Source of the DNA: Cereibacter sphaeroides 2.4.1
GTDB lineage: Bacteria > Pseudomonadota > Alphaproteobacteria > Rhodobacterales > Rhodobacteraceae
Direction: 5' to 3'
NCBI RefSeq assembly: GCF_000012905.2
Contig: NC_007494.2
Location: 450,001 to 482,000 of the forward strand
DNA length: 32,000 nucleotides
In this document: in pieces, positions 25,079-32,000 of the stretch
Numbering within the stretch: position 1 is the first letter of the stretch
Layout of the letters: every line of letters begins with the position of its first letter
Translations under genes and position numbers: made by a program
Notes under the pieces: model-generated
Seen by the model: only the letters and a program-made list of their open reading frames with translations
Told to the model about the DNA's origin: nothing
Database searches by the model: none

Positions 25079-26575
25079 CTATCCGTTCTGGTGGGGGGAG
25101 GAGGGCTTGCCCGCCGCACGGCGCGCGGCGATCCACGGCCAGAGAAGCGACAGGAGCGACAGCCCGAGGAAAAGCAGGGTGATCGGCCCCGACAGGAAGG
25201 TCACGAGATCGTCGCCCGCCTGCAGCAGGCCGCGGCGCAGGTTCGATTCCAGCATCGGCCCGAGGATCAGCGCGATGCAGAGCGCGGCCTGGCTGAAGCC
25301 GAACTTGTGCATCCCCCAGCCGAGCACGCCGAAGCCCACCATCGTGTAGAGATCGACGGGGTTCAGGTTGATCGCATAGGCGCCGATGAAGCAGAAGACG
25401 ATGATGGCGACGGCGAGGATGTGGCGCGGGATCATCAGGATCCGCGAGAAGACCGGGATCAGCGCCATGCCGAAGAGGAACATGAAGATCGTGGCGAGGA
25501 AGGTGCCGCCGAAGATGCCGACCACGACGTCGGGGTTGGTCTGGAAGAGCATGGGCCCGGGCGCGAGACCCTGGATCATCAGCCCGCCCATGAGCACCGC
25601 CGTCACCACGTCGCCCGGCACGCCGAGGGCCAGAAGCGGGATGAGCGCCGCGGCACAGACCGCATTGTTGGCGCTCTCGGTGGCGCAGATGCCAGGCGCA
25701 TGGCCGGTGCCGAATTTCTCGGGCGTCTTCGAGGCGCGGCGCGCCTCGTTATAGGCGATCCACGAGGCCGTGCCCGATCCGGTGCCGGGAACGATCCCGA
25801 TCAGCGTCCCGATGATCGAGCCGCGCACCAGCGCGCCGCGGCTCTCGCGCAGGTCGGCCCAGGCCGGCCAACGCCCGCCCACCTTCTGCACCTGCGCCCC
25901 GTCGCCCGCGCCGAGGCGCTCGAGCTGGGTGAAGACCTCCGAGAGGGCGAAGAGGCCGATGAGGGCCGGGGTGAAGGCGAAGCCCGAGGCGAAGCCCGAG
26001 ACGCCGAAAGTGTAGCGCAGCATCCCGGTGATCGGATCGGCCCCCACACAGGAGATCAGGATGCCGAGCATCCCCGCGATCACGCCCTTCAGGATGTCGC
26101 CCGAGAGCGAGGCGATGATGGTGAGGCCGAAGAAGGCCAGAGCGAAATATTCCGCGGCGCCGAACTTCAGAGCGATGCCCGCGAGCTGCGGGGCCAGGGT
26201 GGCCAGCACCACGGCCGCAAAGAGCCCGCCCAGCGTCGAGGCGATGGTGGCGAGGCCGAGCGCCTTGCCCGCCTCGCCGCGCAGGGCCATCGGATAGCCG
26301 TCGAGAACCGTCGCCGCCGACGAGGGCGTGCCGGGCGTGCGCAGCAGGATCGCGCTGACGCAGCCGCCGTAGATGCCGCCGATATAGATGCCGATCAGCA
26401 TGTTGAGGCCCATGACGGGGCTCATGCCGAAGGTGAGCGGGATGAGCAGCGCCACCCCCATCGTCGCGGTCAGCCCGGGGAGAGCGCCGATGATCAGCCC
26501 GCCCAGCGTGCCGAGCGCGATGGCGCCGAGGGTCGCGGGCTCGAAGAGCGGCAGAAGATAGCTGAGGGTTTCCAT
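25079..26575 (-). CDS. tctA: TTT large permease TctA (498 aa)
   Basis: Complete ORF for a multi-pass protein with TctA-type motifs (GALPGLTATMGVALLIP, NTPGTPSSAAT-like RTPGTPSSAAT, GIVPGTGSGTASW). Confidence 0.9.
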   Translation of the reverse strand: METLSYLLPLFEPATLGAIALGTLGGLIIGALPGLTATMGVALLIPLTFGMSPVMGLNMLIGIYIGGIYGGCVSAILLRTPGTPSSAATVLDGYPMALRGEAGKALGLATIASTLGGLFAAVVLATLAPQLAGIALKFGAAEYFALAFFGLTIIASLSGDILKGVIAGMLGILISCVGADPITGMLRYTFGVSGFASGFAFTPALIGLFALSEVFTQLERLGAGDGAQVQKVGGRWPAWADLRESRGALVRGSIIGTLIGIVPGTGSGTASWIAYNEARRASKTPEKFGTGHAPGICATESANNAVCAAALIPLLALGVPGDVVTAVLMGGLMIQGLAPGPMLFQTNPDVVVGIFGGTFLATIFMFLFGMALIPVFSRILMIPRHILAVAIIVFCFIGAYAINLNPVDLYTMVGFGVLGWGMHKFGFSQAALCIALILGPMLESNLRRGLLQAGDDLVTFLSGPITLLFLGLSLLSLLWPWIAARRAAGKPSSPHQNG

Positions 26576-26594
26576 GGGCGCGTCCCGATCCGAG

Positions 26595-26626
26595 GCCGGG
26601 CTCCGGTCCTGTCACCGGAGCCCGGC
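26595..26626 (-). promoter_or_regulatory. Perfect 13-bp GC-rich intercistronic stem-loop between tctC and tctA
   Basis: GCCGGGCTCCGGT (26595-26607) pairs with ACCGGAGCCCGGC (26614-26626), with a 6-nt loop. It sits in the 60-nt gap between the tctC stop (26636) and the tctA start (26575). Confidence 0.6.
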
Positions 26627-26635
26627 GTTGGCCTG

Positions 26636-27589
26636 TCAGTTGTTCATGCCGGTCATGCCGAGCTCGTCGAGCGTCTTGAGCGCGACCTCGGCGTCCTTCT
26701 CGGCCCGTGCGGTGAAGGCCGCGCCGTCCTCGTAGGTGACGAACTCGCCCATTGCGGTCATCTTCTCGCGGAAGTCCGGATCCTCGGACGCGGCCTTCAC
26801 CGCGGCCTTGAGCGGCGCCATCACCTCTTCGGGGATGCCCTTCGGCGCGATCACGCCCTTCCATGAGGACCAGGTGAAATCGACCCCCTTTTCCTTCGCC
26901 GTGGGCGTGTCGGGGAAGAGATCGATGCGCTCGTCCTCCATCACGAAGAGCGGCGTCATCTGCCCGGCCTCGGAGGCGGCGAGCGCCTCGGCCGGCGAGG
27001 CGACCATGGCCTGGATATGGCCGCCCACGCAGGCGGTCCGCGCGTCCGACGAGCCCGGATAGGGCACGCTCTCGATCTTGAGGCCCGCAGCCTTGCCGAA
27101 GGCCTCGGCCGAGATGTGGTTGGCCCCGCCCGCACCGGAATTGCCCACCTGGACGGGCTTGTCCCTCGCATAGGCCGCGAAGGCGTCGTAATCGGCGAAA
27201 GGTGCGCCGGCACAGGCCACGAAGACCTGCAGCGAGCGCCCGAAGAGACCCACGAACTCGACATCCGTCAGCGCATAGTCGGCCCCGCCCATGTGCGGCG
27301 CGATCGAGAGCGGCCCCTGCGCGCCGATGCCGAGCGTGTAGCCGTCGGGACGCGCATTGGCGACCGAGGAGGTGCCGATCGTGCCGCCGCCGCCGGGCTG
27401 GTTACGCACGACGACCGTCGCGCCCTCGAGATGGCGGGCAAGGCTCTCGGCCATCAGCCGCGCCGACAGGTCGGTGCTGCCGCCCGCCGAATAGGGCACG
27501 ACGATCTGGATCGGGCGCTGCGGATAATCCGCCAGCGCAGGGGTCGCCGCGAGGGCCGCGAGCGCGCCCAGGATCATGGTTTTCTGCAT
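26636..27589 (-). CDS. tctC: TTT periplasmic substrate-binding protein TctC/Bug family, with signal peptide (317 aa)
   Basis: The start is the ATG at 27589 (MQKTMILGALAALAATPALADYPQRPIQIVVPYSAGGSTD), with GGAGGAG upstream. The ORF-track start at 27937 overlaps tctB. Confidence 0.9.
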   Translation of the reverse strand: MQKTMILGALAALAATPALADYPQRPIQIVVPYSAGGSTDLSARLMAESLARHLEGATVVVRNQPGGGGTIGTSSVANARPDGYTLGIGAQGPLSIAPHMGGADYALTDVEFVGLFGRSLQVFVACAGAPFADYDAFAAYARDKPVQVGNSGAGGANHISAEAFGKAAGLKIESVPYPGSSDARTACVGGHIQAMVASPAEALAASEAGQMTPLFVMEDERIDLFPDTPTAKEKGVDFTWSSWKGVIAPKGIPEEVMAPLKAAVKAASEDPDFREKMTAMGEFVTYEDGAAFTARAEKDAEVALKTLDELGMTGMNN

Positions 27590-27624
27590 AGTCTCCTCCG
27601 TATGGTCAGGTCGTGCGCAGGCGG

Positions 27625-28065
27625 TCAGGGAAGCCAGACCTGCAAGAGGCGCGTGAAGCCGAGGTAGACGCCGCCCGTCAGGGCCAGCGGAACGAGGATC
27701 AGCACCAGCGGCCGGCGCTCGTTGAAGAGCAGCAGGCCCAGAACGAATGTCACGAGCGTCGAGACGAGGTATCCCAGCGGCTCGAAGGCCGCGGCATAGG
27801 CCACGAGCAGAAGTGCCATCAGCCCCATCCGCACCAGCGTCCGCCGCGTCGGCAGCTCCACCGCGGATGAGCCGCGCAGGATCGAGCGCAGGATCAGGGC
27901 AATCGCCAGAAGCGACAGGCCGCCGATCATCAGCCACGGCACGAAGACGGGCCCGGCGATGGTGCCCGAGGCCACGGTGCGCACCAGAAGGGTGCGCCAG
28001 GCAACGAAGCCGCAGAAGGCCAGCAATCCGATACCGGCCCAGATGTCACTTCTGCTCGCACCCAT
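27625..28065 (-). CDS. tctB: TTT small membrane subunit TctB (146 aa)
   Basis: The start is the ATG at 28065 (MGASRSDIWAGIGLLAF...), with GAGGGAGG 6 nt upstream. It has four hydrophobic segments. The ORF-track start at 28131 is less likely. Confidence 0.75.
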   Translation of the reverse strand: MGASRSDIWAGIGLLAFCGFVAWRTLLVRTVASGTIAGPVFVPWLMIGGLSLLAIALILRSILRGSSAVELPTRRTLVRMGLMALLLVAYAAAFEPLGYLVSTLVTFVLGLLLFNERRPLVLILVPLALTGGVYLGFTRLLQVWLP

Positions 28066-28130
28066 GGACGCCTCCCTCGAAGTCTCCATCCCCGCCGAAC
28101 CCTCGCCCGGGAGCCACGGGGAGTCAAGCA

Positions 28131-28152
28131 TTTTGTAAACTTGTTATATACC
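28131..28152. promoter_or_regulatory. AT-rich motif copy C (TTTTGTAAACTTGTTATATACC), candidate GntR operator in the tctB / Fe-ADH divergent region
   Basis: It aligns with copy B (TTGTAAAACTTGTAAAATTCC) with one gap. On the minus strand it overlaps a -10-like TATATAAC about 70 nt upstream of the tctB start. Confidence 0.35.
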
Positions 28153-28265
28153 AATCGGTTTCACTTGCTGAGCGAGGCCCCGGATAATCTGTTTTCGCAT
28201 TGTTTTGGAATGATAATCACTCTGCAGCGCCAGACCGCCCTGCCCACAGGCCGGAACTATACAGG

Positions 28266-28294
28266 TTGACAAGTTGACGATCCCTCCCTTGAAT
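28266..28294 (+). promoter_or_regulatory. Candidate sigma70-type promoter for the Fe-ADH gene
   Basis: TTGACA (28266-28271), a 17-nt spacer, then TTGAAT (28289-28294). A second TTGACG follows at 28274-28279. It lies ~55 nt upstream of the ATG at 28350. Confidence 0.35.
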
Positions 28295-28349
28295 GCCCCC
28301 GATCCGGGGCCTGCTCCCCGACCGAAACGAACAGACGCGGAGTGCTGCG

Positions 28350-29471
28350 ATGGCGGACGACCTCACCCGACCGATTACCCTTCTTCGGCCTGCCGCCGTG
28401 CATTTCGGCGAAGGCAGCCTTGCCCGCCTGCCAGAGTGGGTGGCCGCGCGCGGCTTCCGCGCGCCCTTCGTCATCGCCGATGCGGTGAATGCGCAGCGGC
28501 TGGACCGGCTGGGGCTCGGATCGGTCGGCTGCTTCGGGACCGTCGTGCCCGAGCCCGACACCGCCAATCTGCAGGCCGCCGTCGCCGCGGCCGAAGGGGC
28601 CGACCTGATCGTGGGATTCGGCGGCGGCTCGGCCATGGACCTGGCCAAGCTCGTGGCGGTGCTCGTGGGAACCGGCCTCGCGCTTTCGGACATCTCCGGT
28701 CCCGGCCGGGCGCCGGCCCGGCGCGTGGGCCTCGTGCAGGTGCCGACCACCGCCGGGACCGGCTCGGAAGTGGGCACGCGCGCCCTCGTGACGGATCCCG
28801 CGAGCCTTGCCAAGATCGCGACCGAAAGCGCCGAGATGCTTGCCGACATGGCGATCGTGGACCCTGCGCTCACGCTCAGCGTGCCGCCCGCGGTCACGGC
28901 CGCAACCGGGGTCGACGCCATGGCCCATTGCGCCGAGGCCCTGACCTCGAAACGGGCGCATCCGCTGGTCGATGCCTATGCGCTGGAGGGGATCGCGCTC
29001 GTCGGCCGCTTCCTGCGTCGCGCGGTCGAGGACGGGCAGGATGTCGAAGCCCGGGCAGGCCTGTCGCTCGCGGCCTTCTACGGCGGCATCTGCCTCGGCC
29101 CCGTGAACACGACGGCGGGCCATGCGCTCTCCTATCCGCTCGGCACGCGCCACAAGCTGCCGCACGGGATCGCGAATGCGCTGATCTTCCCGCATGTGCT
29201 GGCGGCCAACGCCTCGGCCGCGCCGGAGAAGACGGCCCGGATCTGCGAGGCTCTGGGCTTTGCCGCGGGCGCCGAGGAGACGGTGCGGGCCGGTGCGCTC
29301 GCCTTCTGCGCCGGGCTCGGGCTCGACATGCGGCTGCGGGCACATGGCGTGCCGTCCGAGGATCTGCCGGTCATGGCAACGGAGGCGCATGGCATCCGCC
29401 GCCTGCTCGACTGGAACCCGCGCGATCTGAGCGTGGCCGAGATCGAGGCGATCTACCGCCGCGCCTACTGA
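28350..29471 (+). CDS. Iron-containing (group III) alcohol dehydrogenase family protein (373 aa)
   Basis: I chose the ATG at 28350 (MADDLTRPITLL), with GGAG 8 nt upstream. GFGGGSAMDLAK, DPALTLSVP, GVDAMAHCAEAL and AGHALSYPLGTRHKLPHGIANA are Fe-ADH motifs. Confidence 0.85.
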   Translation: MADDLTRPITLLRPAAVHFGEGSLARLPEWVAARGFRAPFVIADAVNAQRLDRLGLGSVGCFGTVVPEPDTANLQAAVAAAEGADLIVGFGGGSAMDLAKLVAVLVGTGLALSDISGPGRAPARRVGLVQVPTTAGTGSEVGTRALVTDPASLAKIATESAEMLADMAIVDPALTLSVPPAVTAATGVDAMAHCAEALTSKRAHPLVDAYALEGIALVGRFLRRAVEDGQDVEARAGLSLAAFYGGICLGPVNTTAGHALSYPLGTRHKLPHGIANALIFPHVLAANASAAPEKTARICEALGFAAGAEETVRAGALAFCAGLGLDMRLRAHGVPSEDLPVMATEAHGIRRLLDWNPRDLSVAEIEAIYRRAY

Positions 29472-29518
29472 TCGGAGACCCCTCCGGTGCCCTGCGACGG
29501 GCGGATGCGCCGCTCCGC

Positions 29519-30319
29519 TCAGCCGCCGGCGCGGTGGCGGCCGATCGGCAGCATCATGGGCCGGCCGCTCACCGGATCGGGGAGCGTCCGGCAGGGCAGC
29601 CCGAAGACCGCCTGCACCATCTCTTCGGTCAGGACCGTCTCGGGCGGACCGCTGGCATGGATGCGGCCCCCGGCCATCGCCACCAGCGCGTCGGCATAGC
29701 GGGCGGCGAGGTTCAGGTCGTGCAGCACCATGACGATGGTGGTCCCCTGCGCGCGGTTCAGATCGGTGAGCAGGTCCAGCACCTCGACCTGATGGGCGAT
29801 GTCGAGAAAGGTGGTGGGCTCGTCGAGGAGCAGGATCCCCGTCTCCTGCGCCAGCGCGACGGCGATCCAGACCCGCTGGCGCTGCCCGCCCGACAACTCG
29901 TCCACCGCGCGCTCGGCCAGATCCATGGTGCCCGTCGCCTCGAGCGCGGCGGCCACCGCCGCATCGTCGGCGGCGCTCCAGCGCGAGAAGAGCCCCTGAT
30001 GCGGGTGGCGGCCGCGGCTCACCAGATCGAGCACGGTGATGCCGTCGGGCGCCAGCGGCGACTGCGGCAGGAGCCCCATCCGGCGGGCAAGCTCGCGCGG
30101 GGGGATGCGATGGACCGAGCGGCCGTCGAGCAGCACCTGCCCCTCGGCGGGCGAAAGGAGCCGCGACAGCGTCCGCAGTAGTGTGGACTTGCCGCAGGCA
30201 TTCGCGCCGACGATGGCGGTGATCCGGCCGGGCGCCACCGCGAGATCGAGCCCGCGCAGCACTTGCCGGTCGCCGTAGCCAGCGGCAAGCTCGCTGACCA
30301 CCAGCGCATTGTCGGTCAT
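29519..30319 (-). CDS. Iron-siderophore-type ABC transporter ATP-binding protein (FepC/FecE-like; 266 aa)
   Basis: The start is the ATG at 30319 (MTDNALVVSELAAGYG), in an ATGA overlap with the upstream permease. Walker A GANACGKST, LSGGQRQRVWIAVAL, LLLDEPTTFLD. Confidence 0.9.
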   Translation of the reverse strand: MTDNALVVSELAAGYGDRQVLRGLDLAVAPGRITAIVGANACGKSTLLRTLSRLLSPAEGQVLLDGRSVHRIPPRELARRMGLLPQSPLAPDGITVLDLVSRGRHPHQGLFSRWSAADDAAVAAALEATGTMDLAERAVDELSGGQRQRVWIAVALAQETGILLLDEPTTFLDIAHQVEVLDLLTDLNRAQGTTIVMVLHDLNLAARYADALVAMAGGRIHASGPPETVLTEEMVQAVFGLPCRTLPDPVSGRPMMLPIGRHRAGG

Positions 30320-31356
30320 ATGGTGCCTCCGGCCCGGTTCACCCGGACGATGAGATAGATGAGGTAAGGCGCGCCGAGGGCGCCAGTGACGATTCCGACC
30401 GGATAGCGGCCGGGCAGAAGCACCTGCCCTGCGAAATCGGCCAGAAGAACGAGAAGCGCGCCGATCAGCGCGGCCGGCAGCAGGATCGGCCGACCCGGCA
30501 TGCCCAGACGCGCGGCGATGGGGCCTGCGAGGAAGGCCACGAAGGCGATGGGGCCCGCGACGGCGGTCGCCACCGCGATCAGCCCGACCACGCCCACGAG
30601 GATCAGAAGCCGCGTCCGCGCGATCCGCACGCCGAGCGCCGCCGCCTTGTCGTCGCCGAGCCGCAGGGCCTCGAGCTCGCGGCTCCGGCACAGGAGGAGG
30701 GTTCCGAACAGGGCGAGCGCCAGCAGGAGGGGCGGTGCGTCCGACAGCCGGGCGCCGTTCACGCTGCCTGTCATCCAGCGCAGCGCCTCCTGCAGGCTCC
30801 AGTCCGGGGCGCGCAGGAGGAGATAGGCGGTCACGCTCTGCAGCATGGCCGAGATCCCGATCCCCACGAGGATCAGCCGCGCGCCCGCCACCCCGTCCCG
30901 CCAGGCCAGGAGATAGATCGCAAGCGCGGTGGCGAGCCCGCAGAGGATGGCTGCGCCCGAGACGGCAGGCCCGCTCCAGCCCAGGACCACAATAGCGAAG
31001 ACGGCGGCGGCCCCGCTGCCTGCCGAGATGCCGATGATGTCGGGGCTGGCCAGCGGGCTGCGGAGCAGGGTCTGGCAGGCGGCGCCGCCCAAGCCGAAGC
31101 AGAGGCCGGCCAGAAGGGACAGCACCGCGCGCGGCAGCCGCAGCCGCTCGACGGTGAAGGAGGCCCCCGGCACCTCCTGCCCGGCCAGCACGCGGAGCAC
31201 GTCGAACGGCGCCACGGGCGTCGAGCCGACCGAGAGCGTCACCGCCACGGATGCGAGGATCAGGAGGACGAGGCCGAGCACGAGGGCTGCGCCCCGGCGC
31301 AGGCGACGGCGACGGTGGGCCGCGACCTCGGCGGCAAGGGAAGGTGCGGGGGTCAC
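30316..31356 (-). CDS. FecCD-family siderophore ABC permease (FepG-like; 346 aa)
   Basis: Complete ORF for a multi-pass protein with FecCD motifs (RLPRAVLSLLAGLCFGLGGAACQ, GPIAFVAFLAGPIA, YPVGIVTGALGAPYLIYL). It overlaps the next permease by 4 nt. Confidence 0.9.
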   Translation of the reverse strand: MTPAPSLAAEVAAHRRRRLRRGAALVLGLVLLILASVAVTLSVGSTPVAPFDVLRVLAGQEVPGASFTVERLRLPRAVLSLLAGLCFGLGGAACQTLLRSPLASPDIIGISAGSGAAAVFAIVVLGWSGPAVSGAAILCGLATALAIYLLAWRDGVAGARLILVGIGISAMLQSVTAYLLLRAPDWSLQEALRWMTGSVNGARLSDAPPLLLALALFGTLLLCRSRELEALRLGDDKAAALGVRIARTRLLILVGVVGLIAVATAVAGPIAFVAFLAGPIAARLGMPGRPILLPAALIGALLVLLADFAGQVLLPGRYPVGIVTGALGAPYLIYLIVRVNRAGGTI

Positions 31357-32000
31357 AGCTCGCGGATCCTTCGTTGCCGCACGATCCAGATGAAGACCGG
31401 TGCACCCACGAAGGCCGTGACGATGCCCACGTCGAGCTCTCCCGGACGGGCGAGGATCCGGCCCAGCACGTCGGCGAGCATCAGCAGAAGCGCGCCTCCC
31501 AGCGCCGCGAAGGGCAAGAGCCAGCGGTGATCGACGCCGCAGAGGAGGCGGCAGAGATGCGGCACGGCGAGGCCCACGAAGCCGATGGGGCCGCAGATCG
31601 CCGTGACGGCGCCGCAGAGGAGAACCGCCCCCGCCGCCGCGACGAGGCGGCTCCGCGCGACGGAGAGGCCGAGGCCCGCCGCTGCATCGTCGCCGAGGGC
31701 GAGGATGTTCAGGGTGCGCGCGGAGAGGAGGCTCAGCGCCAGCCCCGCGAGGAGGACGGGCAGGAGAGCGAGGATCGCGTCGGGCGTGGCCCCGCCCACG
31801 CCCCCCACCTGCCAGGCCTGCACGCTGCCCGCGATGTCGTTGCGCGGCAGCAGGATCGCCATAGTCAGCGAGGAAACCGCGATCGAGGTGGCAGCCCCGG
31901 CCAGCGCGAGCTTGAGCGGCGTGGCCCCGCCGCGCCCGAGCGACCCCATCGTGTAGACGAGCGCCGCCGCGCCGCTCGCGCCGAGGATCGCCGTGCCGAG
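31353..32000 (-). CDS. FecCD-family siderophore ABC permease (FepD-like). The 5' end lies outside the window.
   Basis: The frame stays open upstream of the ORF-track Met at 31949 (…LGTAILGASGAAALVYTMGSLGRGG…) all the way to base 32000. The C-terminal motif is GPIGFVGLAVPH…VGIVTAFVGAPVFIWIV. Confidence 0.85.
   Translation of the reverse strand, partial: LGTAILGASGAAALVYTMGSLGRGGATPLKLALAGAATSIAVSSLTMAILLPRNDIAGSVQAWQVGGVGGATPDAILALLPVLLAGLALSLLSARTLNILALGDDAAAGLGLSVARSRLVAAAGAVLLCGAVTAICGPIGFVGLAVPHLCRLLCGVDHRWLLPFAALGGALLLMLADVLGRILARPGELDVGIVTAFVGAPVFIWIVRQRRIREL

Noticed and set aside
24506-26866. A 786-aa plus-strand ORF, and a 371-aa minus-strand ORF (25749-26864), overlapping the dapA-like, tctA and tctC genes
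   Set aside because: The translations are low-complexity and rich in Arg, Asp, Glu and Gly, with no domain signatures. The alternative minus-strand frames encode textbook TctA and DapA-family proteins with proper starts and RBSs.
28210-28269. A 19-codon ORF (MIITLQRQTALPTGRNYTG) in the tctB/Fe-ADH intergenic region, and a 34-codon ORF starting at 20310 upstream of the kinase
   Set aside because: Neither has a convincing SD sequence or a compositional signal. The second overlaps the kinase start region out of frame. Without conservation data they are indistinguishable from chance ORFs.

Overview
Very GC-rich (roughly two-thirds G+C by eye) alphaproteobacterial, Rhodobacteraceae-like DNA. It is densely packed with transport and accessory-catabolism operons. 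I support 27 CDS (2 truncated by the window edges), one cobalamin riboswitch, and several hairpins, repeats and candidate operators. I saw no rRNA, tRNA, CRISPR array, transposase, integrase, phage gene or recognisable defence gene.

Modules, left to right:
1. 1-4854 (+): a TTT (tctC, fused tctA-tctB) transporter operon followed by two tandem tartrate/D-malate dehydrogenase paralogs.
2. 5028-8210 (-): a BtuFCD-like (FecCD-type) ABC importer behind a cobalamin riboswitch.
3. 8315-14672 (-): lysR, a Nit-branch C-N hydrolase, an RraA-like protein and a PotABCD-like ABC importer.
4. 14896-19236 (+): a membrane-sensor diguanylate cyclase followed by a GAF-PAS-PAS-GGDEF-EAL protein.
5. 19243-20046 (-): a DUF218/YdcF protein.
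6. 20336-29471: a GntR-linked island. It holds a DUF1537 four-carbon acid-sugar kinase, PdxA2, a D-2-hydroxyacid dehydrogenase, a DapA-like class I aldolase, a second TTT transporter (order tctB-tctC-tctA) and a divergent Fe-alcohol dehydrogenase.
7. 29519-32000 (-): a siderophore-type ABC importer (ATPase plus two FecCD permeases).

The best candidates for undescribed biology are the GntR island and the lysR/Nit/RraA-like/ABC operon. In the island, only the kinase plus PdxA2 is explained by the known tetronate pathways, and an AT-rich motif is shared by three promoter-proximal sites. In the operon, the RraA-like protein lacks the family's conserved Arg. Functions are inferred from motifs read by eye, and no database search was run. 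The many long antisense ORFs in the track are GC-driven shadow ORFs.
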